A DNA stretch of 63,792 nt, counting the filler, from Choristocarpus tenellus KU-1152 (lineage: Eukaryota > Protista > Phaeophyceae), in the NCBI GenBank assembly GCA_964200185.2. It is 14 parts of 14 records of this genome, joined end to end, with 100 filler letters (N's around TTAATTAATTAA, not from the genome) between each part and the next. Parts side by side here need not be neighbours in the genome. Positions count along the whole stretch, not along the records: positions 32,440 to 40,088 come from CAXNAD020005815.1; positions 40,189 to 43,308 come from CAXNAD020022179.1; positions 43,409 to 48,994 come from CAXNAD020010339.1; positions 49,095 to 51,631 come from CAXNAD020026962.1; positions 51,732 to 54,713 come from CAXNAD020023169.1; 9 more parts are not named here. The stretch is one strand, 5' to 3'. Position 1 is the first letter of the stretch. Every line of letters begins with the position of its first letter. Both the position numbers and the translations under genes were made by a program. The notes below the pieces were generated by a model. It was not told the DNA's origin. It searched no databases and saw nothing but the letters and a program-made list of their open reading frames with translations. Of the stretch, positions 37,981 to 51,953 are shown one piece after another.

Positions 37981-39591
37981 CTTCTTCGAGTTCTGAAAAC
38001 AGGGGTATGGCTGGCACAAAAAGTGACCTCAACCCTCACCACCTGTTGATGGAAATGTTGTCACGATGTGTTGGTGGAAGCTCCTTAATTCTTCCTGCTC
38101 TACAGATCTTCACTTTCAAGTGTCACTTCGTTCTTTTGGACGTCAAACCCGTTGAGCAGAATAGGTATAGTGGGGGAAGGAGTTCGCAAGACGTCGAAAG
38201 AACCAGCTCACGTGAGCAATGGGAGGGTGGCGGTGGAATGGGTTGGACTACCGCTGAACCAGAAATAGAATATGTGAAGCCTAAGTAGGATGGCTTAGGT
38301 CAGGGGTTTTCCGCCACTTCAATCTACCCCTCACCCTCAGCCAGTTGTGACCTAATCGCTTTTGGAGTCAAACCTTTCCGAAACCAACCTCTACTCCTCT
38401 CAGTCAATGTAGACTCAGACCAAAATCCCAAAAAATATGAGAAACATTTGATAATCATCGCGAAATCGGAAACTTTTAAAAGGCATTTTTTCGGTTCGAT
38501 GGATCTTTGGTATTTTTAACAGTATAATTTAAGATTCGAGATTACATATTCGACAATTGTCGACCTTCTTACTCTGAAGTTGCATCGTGTGACATGAGAA
38601 AGAGACTATAAATGAGTGATACGAGTATAATGGCTCTAGCAATTTACAAAGTGCAAAGTGCAATGTATACAAACTTCCAAGAAGCATTTGTAAGGTGTTT
38701 AAGACCATTTAAACATCACACACAACCGAAAGAACTACTAGGAACCTATTCTATCAACTAATCTCTCATTTGCAGACCATTGGAAGACACCAAATCACTT
38801 GTAAACACGACATTGAGCTTCGTATGATACAAAGTACCACAACGTATTGCGTCTCAACACCAACCTTCTCCAATCACCTCTCTATTCTTCCGATCTAACT
38901 CAAGTGACACTCAATGAACTTCTTTTTGGAAGAACAATACAAGTAGAAGTGATTCATTTTTTATGGTGAGAGGAGCATAGTATATTAAAGAACCAAATAC
39001 GAAGGAATACGCACTCCCTTAACACTCCACAATTCTGTCTCACATCTCAGATCAACGGGAAAATAAATTGGAATTAGAGGAGTTCTTGTAGACCTTTTTT
39101 TGTATTGGACATTGTTTCTTTTGGTATTCGTTTGGGACTTATTACTCATACTTGTAACTTCCCATCTCTACTTCTTATTTTCAAATTTTGATCACGTGTT
39201 ATTTATGAGAAATATATCAAAGAAAGATAACGATGTATATTTGAAGTAGTATTAGTATTTTCTTACAATATACTTTTTGGGTTTCACTTTTAGTTTTTCA
39301 CTTTTCCCTTTTCCCCTTTCCCTTTTCCCTTTACACTCTTCACTGCTCAATGTTTACTATTTACTGTTCACTCACTGCTCACTTGTTAAATAATCTACAA
39401 GGTAAATATTGAGAAGTCTTTTATCAAACTTTTCAACCAGAATTTAAAGTAGAACCATTTTCACAGGACAAAACTTACCAGCTTTAACCATTTTTCAAAA
39501 TCTCGAGTTGGTATACCGGTATGACGGTATAAGCATACCGCGAATACCACACATTTTTTAGAGATGTTTTCCAGGTGGAAGAAGAAAAAAA

Positions 39592-39673
39592 TTATTATGC
39601 CCTCTAACATTTGTATATTTGTATATATTATATATATTATTTTATTTTGCCCTCTGACATTTTGCAGATGTGT
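39592..39673 (-). mobile_element. Two tandem very short RLE-LINE 3' ends
   Basis: TTATTATGCCCTCTAACATTTG followed by TTTTGCCCTCTGACATTTTGCAGATGTG. Confidence 0.65.
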
Positions 39674-40803
39674 TGATTTGTGTATATTGGAAATGTTTTT
39701 AAAGAAAAATTGGAGATCCAGTCATACCCACAAAATTCATAAAATAGGACCGTTTTTTGGAGGCGTTATCACGGTTACATATTGTTCTTGTTGTTGAACG
39801 AGAAACGTTCTTCCTCCTAACTTATAAAATATATTTTCCTAATTCAATTCTCCTCGTCACAACAATTGGAATATATATATTATTTTAGTGTGTGATATTT
39901 TGTGGATATATTATGTGTAATCTCCAATATTGTTTTGCTCACGAATTCTGGATTATTATTATTGTTTTGAGTTATGATATTCTTTTGTACAAAATAACCC
40001 AACATGAAAAAATGTATCATAACAGTTTTCTTCTTAGTAGATAATTTTTGTAAAATACTTAAAAACTGGGAAAAAAACAATCTATTACNNNNNNNNNNNN
40101 NNNNNNNNNNNNNNNNNNNNNNNNNNNNNNNNTTAATTAATTAANNNNNNNNNNNNNNNNNNNNNNNNNNNNNNNNNNNNNNNNNNNNATCTTCTCTCAG
40201 TGTCAGCGTCGCGGCCCGGTGATCCATTTTGCGATTTGATTATGCTGCTGCGCCACACTACTCACACTTTCTCGTCACCTAACATTGCACTGAGTGTTAC
40301 ATGGCACTTGCTTCTCCGTCATCTCTCGACAGAGAAGGTGCCGAGGGTAGATCCAGAGGACAGGGTTGCCTCGGCGACTCTCCTTGTCTCACCGTCGTGG
40401 TTTATGTTGCTGTGTAAGTCACGTGTGTGCATGCTCACAGAAAGTCTGCAAATGGCCTTTAAATATGTCCCGATAATAAAATGTCCGGAAATCTTGGGGT
40501 TTTGTCTGCTTTATTTGTCATTACAGCCCCACCGGTCAAACTTGGGCAGCGACCTACCCCACGGACCAGTTTTCTGCGAGGAGTTCAGCCAACCACTTCA
40601 TTTTAACCCGTTTTGAAGTCGTGACGTTCAAAATTGCGCCGGAGATATTTCTCCACATTTTTTCTATTTTTTGATCGAGCCATACCTCCCGTTCACCGAA
40701 GTTCCTATATTCGTCGATACAAACAAATCTTCAAAAACTCTTGTCATACCCTTTTATTTGATATAATATATTGTTGAAAATTTATTGAGGCTACACGGTG
40801 AAC

Positions 40804-41063
40804 GAGTCAGCGTATCTTAGAGGGTAGAGTCGCGTCCGTTCGGGGGTCAAATTCCAATGCTGCGATTTTGATGTAATTTTGACTATCGCGTTTGTTAGGA
40901 AGTGTCAATATCCTTGTTCCGAACGCACCTTTTCATATCGTATATATTTTTACCTACTCTGAAACGTTTCGGAGTAGGCAAAATGTCATAAAATACCCGT
41001 GGAAGGCCAAGCCCCAAATGGACAAACAGGTCAAAACTCGTACCCTCTAAGATACTTTCACTC
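40804..41063. mobile_element. MITE family A
   Basis: GAGTCAGCGTATCTTAGAGGGTAG...AAGATACTTTCACTC; no TSD. Confidence 0.9.
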
Positions 41064-41109
41064 TGAAAACAAGCAGAAAAGCCACAGAGGGCAAAGCTAC
41101 TGGTACCAC

Positions 41110-41480
41110 TTAATCATCCTCGTGCGGAAATACGCTAACACTTTCCCCATCAGCCATCATCACGTAAAACCAGGTTTCAGCCACATGGATCGTGTTTGCC
41201 ATGGAGGCACCACGTTTCCGGTCCACTTGATTGCAAACAGAGTTCTCCATACCTTTTGCCGCGGTTTAAGCTTGGGTTTGATCCAGTAGTGATGATTCGG
41301 CATGTCCCCCATATCATCCAACCGCCTGTTTATGGTGCTCATGCTATAATTCAGCCCCTTGGTGACCATCTTCATTGTCACCTGACGCACGGTGGATGGC
41401 CGATTATTGGAGTTGATACTATGTACTACAGCCATCTTGGTTGATGTGAGCTCCGAAGGCTGCCATCTACATGCTGCCAC
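41110..41480 (-). pseudogene. Tc1/mariner transposase relic (plant-mariner DD39D-like)
   Basis: STVRQV..SMSTINRRL..IKPKLKPRQKVWRTLFA, then after a frameshift TIHVAETWFYV, matching IHIDEKWFY with the first catalytic D lost. Confidence 0.75.
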
Positions 41481-41594
41481 CCCACGGTCAAGTATGTCAT
41501 ATCAGTTCCCTCAGGCATTGATTCAATTTTCTCTCCTTGTTTCTTCTTTGTTTTTCCCTTTCTACGTCTTCTCAAAAGAAGTAATCGGTTGTAT

Positions 41595-41810
41595 TGTTGC
41601 GGCACACTCCAGAAGCTTACCTCCACAGGATGTATAGCTCCAATCCACAGGCCTGTAGATGAGGGGAGATGTTTGTGCAAGCCTCCTGGGGTACTCCAAC
41701 AGAGTTGACAGGTCCAATGCAGGTTAACGAACGTCAGGTCAGCAGAACAGGGGTACTTTTCTCAATCAATATCAGTATAAGAATTTGGTATCCGAATTAA
41801 GAAAAGTGAT
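41595..41810. mobile_element. Partial copy of the LTR-like family at 12650
   Basis: CTCCAGAAGCTTACCTCCACAGGATG..CAGGTTAACGAACGTCAG..CAGGGGTACT is shared with 12662-12815. Confidence 0.8.
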
Positions 41811-41827
41811 GAGAGGGCATTGATTAT

Positions 41828-42077
41828 GAGTCAAAGTATCTTAGAGGGTAGGGGCGCGTCCATTTGGGGGCCAAAATCCAATGTTGCGATTTTTAAATTT
41901 TTTTGGCTACCGTGTGTGTCAGGAAGTGTCAGTATCCTTGTTCCAGACACACCTTTTCATAACATACATTTTATGTACTCCAAAACATTTCGGAGTAGGA
42001 AAATGTCATTAAAAAAACATGGGAAGCCAAGCCCCAAATGGACAAACAGAGCTCGTACCCTTTAAGTACTTTCACTC
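41828..42077. mobile_element. MITE family A with TAT TSD
   Basis: tat-GAGTCAAAGTATC...CTTTCACTC-tat. Confidence 0.92.
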
Positions 42078-42097
42078 TATGCAACACTCCTTAATTT

Positions 42098-42673
42098 TTA
42101 TTATTATGCCCTCTGACATTTTGCAGATGTGTCAAGGGGGAAACAAATGAAAACTATACACATTGTCAGTATAAGCCCTAAAGAAATAAAATGTCATAAA
42201 TGTGAATGACACTAATCTATTTGTTACTTCACCACTATGTTGTACTACTGCCTTCCTGTGTCCCCAATCTACCTATATCTGTGCCTCGGAAGGAGGAGCT
42301 AGGGAGGCATCCCAAGAATCTAATAAATCCTTCAGTGCCCATCTTCCTGGTGATTCCAGATTAAAACGCATGACACGTCTGGACAGCGCCACCTGTGTAG
42401 TTACTGAGACAATTTGGCGTAGCCAGGATACAACTACTCCTTTCCTGCTATAACCTCCAGCCCCTCACCCCCCTATCATGTGAGTAGCCAGTTCATCCAG
42501 GAAACGTTCTGCTTGCTTGCCAAGGCGCCCAAAACTTTCCATCGCGAAGGTGTTGAGGTTATAACTACGAGGATCAAAAGAGCCTTTGTCGTGGGTGAGC
42601 TTTCGCGCCTCGGCTACAGCAGCAGCTACACCATTGCTGGTGGATGAGTGGGTAAGATGGGAGGTTGCCTGTA
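42098..42673 (-). mobile_element. RLE LINE 3' fragment, truncated at a MITE A
   Basis: Colinear with 63068-63645 from the (TTA)n tail to GGGAGGTTGCCTG. Confidence 0.85.
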
Positions 42674-42931
42674 GAGTGAAATTATCTTAGAGGGTACGTC
42701 TTTTGCCCTGTTTGTCCATTTAGGGCTTGGATTCCCTTGGGGTTTTTATGACATTTTCCTAATTCAAAATATTTAGGAGTAGGTAAAATGTGTATGTTAC
42801 GAAAAGGTGTGTCCGGAACAAGGATATTGACAGTTCCTAACAAACACAATAGCCAAAATTACATCCAAATCACAACATTGGATTTTGGCCCCCAAATGGA
42901 CGCGTCTCTACCCTCTAAGATACTTTGGCTC
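42674..42931. mobile_element. MITE family A
   Basis: GAGTGAAATTATCTTAGAGGGTAC...AAGATACTTTGGCTC; no 3-4 bp TSD. Confidence 0.9.
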
Positions 42932-43592
42932 TACTATCTATTCCTAATAGTGGTACTTGTAAGTACGGCTACAATATGGTTGCTCTTATTGCCATCACTA
43001 CTGCCATTCATTGAGGAAAATATTTCTTTGTTGCAACAGCATTGGTTATTAATATTGATTGTAACACACTAGGTATACTATGAGCGAGTGAGAACACATA
43101 TATGCACACTGACCATACTGGCTCTAGATGCGCAAAGATGTCAAGTGACTTGTACGCGGTTGAGATTTTGACAGGTCTGCGGGTAGGTGAGGGTATTTTC
43201 CTGAGTCTCTACCGTTAAGAATACCGTCTGATATGAGTGGAAACCCGTATACATACAAACTGCATACATGGGTCAAAGTATCTGGGGGGGGGGAGTGGTT
43301 TGTGAGGGNNNNNNNNNNNNNNNNNNNNNNNNNNNNNNNNNNNNNNNNNNNNTTAATTAATTAANNNNNNNNNNNNNNNNNNNNNNNNNNNNNNNNNNNN
43401 NNNNNNNNCCCGGGTGTAGACCCCCCCCCCCCCTCCCAGATACTTTGGGTCAAAACAACACGTGGAAAACTGTATATGTATGCTTTTTCAGCATACATAC
43501 TGTGCCAAAAATTACAGAATAAAAAAATCAGATATGGTCAGAGTAATATTCACAAGTACAAAGTAGACAAAGGGTTCCAGGGCCCAAACTAC

Positions 43593-46500
43593 CTTGATAA
43601 ACTTTGCCAACTTGCGACACTGAGTGCGCATGGCCGCCCGCTCAGTGAAGGATATCTCAGAAGGGTTGACCTCTTGCACTGTTTTCATGAGCAGTTCTCT
43701 GGCCTCCTCTGGAGAGGGTGCCTGGTAAAGAGGAAATGGTGTAGAGGGTGGAATGTGAACACAAAGTAGACCTGCTGTCATGTGGTACATACCACTGGTG
43801 AATGAGGGATACAATTTGGCAGGTAGAGACTCATTTCAGGCTGTGGTGGAACCAATCCTACTGTTCAAAGTGCTTCCAGAGCACGTAGCTACCAACCACA
43901 AGATAGTTGTAAGGGTGTGGTACCACTGGTGAATGAGGGATACAATTTGGCAGGTAGAGACTCATTTCAGGCTGTGGTGGAACCAATCCTACTGTTCAAA
44001 GTGCTTCCAGAGCACATAGCTACCAACCACAAGGGAGTTGTAAGGGTGTGGTATCCTTCTTGTTTAGATACCTTGTAACAATTTTTTGGTGCAGACACTC
44101 CTGTGTTTCTTGTTACCTTCATGTTGAAGCCAGCACTTTGAAAAAAGTTATACAGTGTGTCCTCACACGACTTCAACACAACACGCTGTACTTTGGCTGT
44201 AAACCTCTGCAGCTCTTCCTCCAGACGGTGATGCTGTTCAGTCTGGGAAATGCAAAATTCCTCCAAGGTCTGCCCATCCACACACATAGAATTCATTAAT
44301 CAGGGTCAAACAGAATAGAGTTGTTGCTAAATGTACAGGTATTTGTTCTTAGATTGAGAACAGCGTTGACTATTATACAGTAGTGCTGTCAACTCAAGTT
44401 TTTTCCCTAAAATGCAAGATTGTTCTTCAATAAACATAATAACGTGTGGATTTAGTATACCCCTTGTAAGCAATACCAGGATGAGCTGTCCTTTCAATAC
44501 GTGGAAGCTGTGAGGCAAAACGGATCCTTTTGGACCTACCTGGGTTTGGTAGCCAACCTTAAACACACGCCACTCACTGAGCCCATGGCAGAGCTCTTTC
44601 AATCTCCGTACTCCTGTTAAGAAGAACATATAAAGTTGAAAGGTGAAGTGTGAATTAGACACATCAGAATATTCTCTGGGAAAAAAAAATGCATGAACGA
44701 TCAAGGTCTCAGCCGTCATATTCCCTGTCACAGAGTACCTACAAGGGGCTGTTCATTAATTTGCAATCATCACCCTAGGAGATTCAGCAAACGTTTCAAG
44801 CATGTGATGTGCATTCCCTCTTGAAGATGTTATGACCCGATCATAAGTGGACCAAAACAAGGTTTACAATATCCCAATAGTTATCATTTCGTGATGTTAC
44901 TCTTTCTCGAACCTGGAAGCAAATTCAATTTGAGGTAGATCTCCTGGTGAGGAGAATCTAGGAGATAGACAATAGCACTGACGTATCAACCAATTAGGGA
45001 TGTTTCTTTCTCCCCCAAAAACAAAATCACCATACCACCTCTCTATCCCCTTCCGTATTTCACAAGAATACTAGGTCTCACTTAAATGGTGTTCATGATT
45101 TGTTGAGATTGGTGATATATAAGCAGCACACGAGTGCATAAGCAATTTGACTTTGGAGACAACCTGGTCAAGGCATTCTGTTGCAACCAATAAGCTAGAT
45201 ACTAATCTTCGACAAAATTGTTTCAGACCTTTCTTTTGAGCGGGCAGGAAGGACCATTCCATGCATCTGAAGTACTCCGTAGTTGACAGGGATACTGTAC
45301 ACTTAATGTTTAATCATATGTACTCAGGCTATGTAACTGCCACATGCTCACCAGTCCTCAACCAAGAATGGAGGATAAGTAAATCTTCCTCAAGAACTGA
45401 ACGACACTTGGCCCACTTTCGCATTCGTACAAAATGTTTCCACTCAGCAAAGGATTTCCACCTCCGATACTGCCTAAAGAATGGAAGGGCTGCAATGTGG
45501 TGGTACCGCCTGTACAGTTGTGAGAGAATATACCCAACTTCTGCAGTTAGAGGGTTGGGATATTAAGCAATGCTTGCCCAAATGTTTGAGGAGATCACTG
45601 CCTTGCAATATCTTGTTTACCTCATTTCATTGCATAATTTTGTTCAAGTTCACATAGGGGCAATACATCTTAATAATGCTTTCACTAACACCTCACTGAT
45701 ATCTCTGGTAAGCTATCTTCCTCACAATAAGAGGCAGAGTTCTCTATGCAAACGTATATCTGCTGCAGGGGGCTAGCAGAATATATCGAAGTAGACCTAT
45801 GCTTAGTAAGAAATAGTACAGAACATTGTATTGCTTGATAGGTATATTCCAATTAGTAATGTCAAAATTGTAAATTAAGTCTCCTGGAATGGGCAAACGT
45901 ACCTATATTGTCGCTCAAAATGATCCATCGTAATGAATTCTGTTCGCCCTTGGGTTGAGAGCACCAGCCCGTTCATACTTAATGTGTAGAAAGTATCAGT
46001 CTGAGCTTCAAGTGAGTCCACGATGACCAGGTCATAGGGGTTGTCTGACTCCGCCTGAGGTTTGGTCCCAAATGCCCCATATTGGTGTTGTTTTACAGTC
46101 AATGGGTACCATCTAAACGTATCTTAGAACTCCTAAGCCCTAGTCCAGGCTGCACCAAAGATTATTTTCTCTTCCGAACATTCAAGGCCCAGTTGTTGCA
46201 ACCGTGATGTTTAATGAGGTACTGTCCTATTCACTGATCATTCACACCTAACAAAAAATAATCACATACGGCCAGCACTATTTGGGTAGGCTCTCTGTTA
46301 GAAGTTGTACCATATGAAATGTTCCAAAATACATTCAGTGAAAAGCGGCAGAATACAAGGAGTTATTCTTGATGCTTTCAAGTGAAACGACACATTCTAG
46401 AAGAAAATATTCTAGATCTCTAGGTACGATTTTGGTGTAGTTGAGAAGGGCAGAAAGATCTAGAACTTCTTGAAATGGCATTGTTCTAAACATCTGGCAG

Positions 46501-48900
46501 TAAAGAGTAGAGAGAGCCCCGCATGATCCCATTTGCAAATTTCTGGAGAGAAGACTGAGGTCTTCTGAGGAGTTTGATCTACAAGTGCAAGACTCCGCGA
46601 GTAACAATAAAATAATAACATCTCTCAAGACATGCCCAACCAAGTGAGAGTCGAGTGTCATTGCCCGGAGAAAGGGAGTTCGTGCTGGTGAAAGCAGGAG
46701 TCAACAAACGCTCTCTTTAGAATTTTGCTTACCACTTCAAAAGGCATAGTATGTTGTGGCAGTTTAAATATGTGCTATCAAGTGCTTGTGCATGTCCTGA
46801 CTGAATTGTAAAGCTCTAGTCCTTTGAGTCACCAAACTGTTGGTTTAGTCAGCAGGTCAAATCCTTCCATTAGACTTTACGTAACCTTCGAGATTTGCGC
46901 ATGGGAAAGAAACCCACCTTGAGATAAAGGAAGACATTGGGATTTCGAAAGGGATTCCTCCACTTCGGGCTCTGCTTGAGGCTGCTCAAGAAACCACCTT
47001 CTGGGAGAATTTCCGCTTGTTCTGCAGACATGTACACAATACAGTTAAGTACAACTGAGCATTGAGACATCAAAAGAGTATCTTCAAATACCTGTACGAT
47101 ATTCCAATGGTAAAAATTTCCTATATGCAATTCACCGCTCCATATGTACTTGAAGTACTAGAACATCACACCAAACTGAAGAATAGGTGGAAAGCGTTGT
47201 GTCTATCAAGCTGTCCATCCCATAGTTTAGGCTTTGTGATCCTAAAGACTGACTGTCACAATTCCGTGTCTCCTTCACAAGTTAAGAGTGGTTAGCTCAT
47301 CAGAAAGAACCTAAGAGTGGCAATACTTCTTTCTCACCTAAGCTCGGAGTGCAAATGAAATTTTGAACTACAAACAAAGAGCAGTTGCAAGGGTAAAGCT
47401 ATATTCAGGTACTTGAAGTAAGATTAACTCATTTGGGCCGGAAAGATGAAGTAACCACTTATAACAAGCCCCAGTTCTAGTCCAAATCCAACCAAAAGCT
47501 ATTTTATTTGATCCGAAGTAGTTGTGATTGTAGACCTCACCTCTCAGTACTTCATGTGCAGGTTTGTTAATGTGGTTGTTGGGTATTGCTGTGTCAAACC
47601 TAGTGCCACCAAAAATTGTATCACCCCTTTCACTCTGGTCTTCCACTTGTTCCTCTTGGATCCTGACACAATGAGTTCCACAGTTGAGTAACATACTGTA
47701 ATACTCTGGAGTAGTATATTAGAATACAGCTCTTAAAATATTAGATATCAATATGTCAAAATCTATATAGCAATATCATAACACCAGCTACAGGAGTGTT
47801 TCTATGCCAAAATATTTCATGATCACTAGCTCATATTCATTATACATTCCTGCATCAACTTGTAAAACAACTCTTTGTTATTCAGACTACTTCAAAGATG
47901 AAACACAATTAAGACCTGATGGTGCTAGATTGGACTTTGCTAGCTCATTGCAAAAAAAAACTGTGGGAAAGGTTTTTTTCCTTTCTGTTTACCTGCCTCT
48001 TTCTCTACTCTTTGTCGTCCATGCCTCTTGCTTGGCATCACGATTCCTTATCACAGCAACCAAGCCACTGCCAGCGGCGCTACTCCTATTCTTCCACACA
48101 CTTGCTTTGTCCTGAGGCTGACCCTTTGCAATATATGCCAGAATTAGGGTGATTAGTGCTGGCCCACATTAGTGGGAGAATGTGCTGACCTTGGAGATGG
48201 TGAAGTCACTTGTAGAAAATGTGTGGGACTTGTGCATTGGGGAATTATCAATGTTCACCTAATGTGTACCAAAGACACCATCAAGCCAAGGTGACAGGGA
48301 AAAAATGGGTACACACACGCACAATCTTACCGTCATGCCATGTCCAGTTATTGATTGCAGTGTTGCAATAGGGTCTCCACCAGCAGCCTGTATTAAGAAT
48401 AAGGTATGCAACAGAAAGCTGAGATCCACAGGTTCTAGCAGGAAGTGGAACTAACTACTCCAGCAACAAAGAGTAAATAAAGTTTAGCTTATCGTCTAGA
48501 AGAATTGTAAAGGCAATTGTGTGGAATTCACAATCTACTTTGCAAGAAAGATCAACCTTTGCCTACATTGTACTCAAACTACACATTTGCTGTAATTTTC
48601 CTTGGGTGTTGTGTTGAATATTTGATGTGTGAGGTTTTGATATTTATTCCTCACACCTGGATATCCTCAGACAAGTCTCGACTAGCCCGGCGTACCAGCT
48701 TCATCCTTGGAGCCATACCTCCAACTGATACCGTGGAACCTGATACTGGGGCCGCTGGTTTCCCTCCGGAACCTACCCCTGCAGGCCCCCATGGCATACG
48801 AGGACCGTGTAACTCTATAGCATTATTGGACTGTCTAACTTGTCCTTCGTTTCCTTTCCTTGGGCTGCCGGCATGAAGGAAGGATTGTAAAGAAATTTGA
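43593..48900 (-). CDS. DNAH6: Axonemal inner-arm dynein heavy chain, N-terminal exons (47021-46918, 46054-45903, 45509-45352, 44613-44540, 44269-44117, 43721-43593, plus less certain upstream exons)
   Basis: The spliced product has VFLYLK-AESDNPYDLVIV..FYTLSMNG..EFITMDHFERQY..FFRQYRRWKSFAEWK..ISFTERAAMRTQCRKLAKFIK, the DNAH6-type N-terminal pattern. Exon phases are consistent. Confidence 0.8.
43790..44052. repeat. Intronic 131-bp tandem duplication
   Basis: TACCACTGGTGAATGAGGG...GTTGTAAGGGTGTGG starts at 43790 and 43921, nearly identical. Confidence 0.92.
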
Positions 48901-49219
48901 AGTACATGGGGTGTGGTTCATCTTTGGGTTCATATTGTGTCGCAAAGTATCTGGGAGGGGGTGGCGGCTGTCCATTTGGGGTCAATTTTTTCATNNNNNN
49001 NNNNNNNNNNNNNNNNNNNNNNNNNNNNNNNNNNNNNNTTAATTAATTAANNNNNNNNNNNNNNNNNNNNNNNNNNNNNNNNNNNNNNNNNNNNGGGGTT
49101 AACTTACAGTCCAAGTCAGGGGAAAACAATAGAGAACCAATCCCCTGCATGCCCCTGGGATCCTCACCCTCACATAACTTTCCTGTACCCCCCTCTACCG
49201 ATTGATCCTGTTGTACTTT

Positions 49220-49556
49220 TCAATTTATCTGTCTCAGTACAGCATCAAAAACACTGTGAGTGGTGTTCCCGCCTTCAAAGCCCTCACTTGCCCACGAAAA
49301 AATCCGTAGCAACCCAGACCCTGGCCAACTTGGCATAGGTGAGGAGGTTGAATCACTATTAGTTCCACCCCTCATCTCCATCAAGGAGCCAGGAGATCCA
49401 CCAGCAGCAGCATGGCTGACCAAACCACTTCCCTTGTTTCGACTCTTTGAAATCACATTGCAAGCGGATAAAACCATTTGGAGTAACTCTCCCACCGACA
49501 TTTGTTTGGAGAAGGCACTAACCACCAGCTGCTCCAGGCGAGCAACTCGTGTATCC
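49220..49556 (-). CDS. Probable terminal exon of an unknown protein
   Basis: Open frame after a caaag acceptor: RVARLEQLVVSAFSKQ...AVLRQIN*. No family recognised. Confidence 0.35.
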
Positions 49557-51773
49557 TTTGATTGGGAAGGTCATTTCAAGTTAAGAAAGAGCAGTAGGAG
49601 AGGTTGGTGAGAGAGTGGATAATAGTGAACTGCACTGACTCTTGAAACATACATAACAAACATGGTCCTAACCCTAAGTAACTAGAAATATCAGTATAAT
49701 AGTACTAGAGAAAAGATAATAAGAGTCTTCTAGTGTGATGATGCTTCTCATACAACGCACCTTCCTCCTCAATTATGAAATTACCAATCATGAAATTATC
49801 AACCCAATCAATCGCACCATCACTAATCTTACTACAACTAGTCACATAGATCATTACTAATGTTATTACTAATGGTCAACTTTATCACTACTAATCTTTT
49901 GTCACTCTATCGGGATGCAAATTGGATGTCAATGAAATGCTCCACCCCTGAGAAGAGGAACTTAGGCGTCTAGAAGGTTCTAAGGAGAAAATGAGAGAGA
50001 CAGCCGTTGCCCTCAATATTATCAAAGAGCAAAGGAAATGAGAAGTGAAATGCAATTGCAGATTGGATAAGATGAGGGAGGGGGAAAGGCAGGAGTTATT
50101 AGGAAGACAGGAAGGGGATGCAAGGTTATGGGAATGATAAAATTGTGTCTTTGTGTACACATACAAAAATGTAAAATGCTCAAAATAACAACAAAAAAAT
50201 AACTGTAGCAAAAGAGTAAGACAGCAATGCAAAAATGGGACCAACTTGCTACAAAATTCAGGGCCACCTCCTCCTTGGTATATGACAGCAACCTTGAGGA
50301 ACAAGAATATCTACACAACAACATAATCTCTTCATTGAGGATTCCAGCAATAGAACAAAATTCTTTAATTCAGTCTACTCTATAAATAAAATGGTACATG
50401 ATCCTGCTACGCTTCTACGGTGTCAAGTAGTTACCTCCACACACCCCAGTCCCACCTTCAAAGTATTCAAAGTATTCAATGGATTAAAGAGACCAAGACC
50501 AAGACCAAGACAAACTATGCAAAAATATATATGGGAAGACATACCATAACCAAACAGAAACCTATTATGGATGCAGAAGTTGTCAGGGTGCCCCGCCCCG
50601 CCCCCCCCCCTCCCCTCTCCCCCCCACCTTCCCCCACCATACTCACACCAAAGGGGAAGTATACCACCTCCCTGCCACATCGGGCTGCAGCTGCCCATTG
50701 TATGAGGCTTTTCAGCTGAGGGTCACCACCAAACGCTTTCCATTACAACAAACAAGCATAAATATCCAAGGCAAATCAAGGAGGGCCAAGAAGCACAGCA
50801 GTCAGAATACAACTAAGAAAGGGTGGGGGGTTGCTTCTCTTATGTGTGTGTCTGACAGATACGGTGGAACCATATTAATCAATTCAATTGGAGAACAATT
50901 TCTCTCTTACCAAAGCAATTGACCAACATAGAACGAATCTATCAATATAGAACGAATCTTTGCTTGAAGGTGGGTGCAATGTTTTCATGTGCTCATCCTC
51001 TACCTTTCTTGACATCCAATTTTTGTTCTTGTGGGTTTCTTCACAACTGACAAAAAATATATCCATACTAAAACCAAGACATTTGCACAACCACCCCTCA
51101 TGTCATCAACATCCATCGAGGGGGATATTGACGAGATTTTTTCCTCATCGTAACACCCAGAAGAGAACAATTTTTTTCCATGAAAGTGCGTGAAATGTGT
51201 TTAATGTTCATCTTTTACATTTTTTTGTTGGGTTGTTTTCGATGGGTTTTTTTCTTCTGAAATTTGAAAAATCCTTACAAAAATTAATATATTTGGGCCT
51301 CCATCCATCCACCCCCCTGGGGAGATTCTGAAATTTGCCCCAGGCCTTGACTCCAGGTAGAGAACAATTTTTTAGTGTCAAAGTTGTCATGTTGTGATCC
51401 TCCTACCACAGGTAGCCCTTTGGCTACTAAAAATACATTGCTGAGTACTATATTATGCTGTTACCTACATTACTCATCTTCTACATAACACTGTCAAGTA
51501 CAAGGCCTGTGATGAGAATTGAGTTTCTTGTACTCCAAATCAGAATTGGGACAGCCTCCATACCACTGTGTAGGGGTGGAGTTCCCCTATCTGGCCAGGC
51601 GTACACCACCAGCCACACTCCAATGATAGAGNNNNNNNNNNNNNNNNNNNNNNNNNNNNNNNNNNNNNNNNNNNNTTAATTAATTAANNNNNNNNNNNNN
51701 NNNNNNNNNNNNNNNNNNNNNNNNNNNNNNNGTCGGCTTACATGTGTTTTTTATATGATGCCACGATATATTT

Positions 51774-51953
51774 GGGTCAAAGTATCTGGGGGGGGGGGGG
51801 CCGGCGACCGTTTTTCACCCTTTTTTTGATTTTCACTTTTTTGGTGTGGTTCGGTCGCACGTGTCGGATTTGAAATTTCAGCAAAAAAAGAGTTGTTTGA
51901 CCGAAACGGACGCCCCCTCACAAACCACCCACCCCTTCAAGATGCTTTGACCC
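51774..51953. mobile_element. MITE family B with ATTT TSD
   Basis: attt-GGGTCAAAGTATCTG...GATGCTTTGACCC-attt. Confidence 0.9.

Noticed and set aside
40189-40230. Gene start on the minus strand (MDHRAATLTLRED)
   Set aside because: Only 13 codons before the linker; not enough to call.
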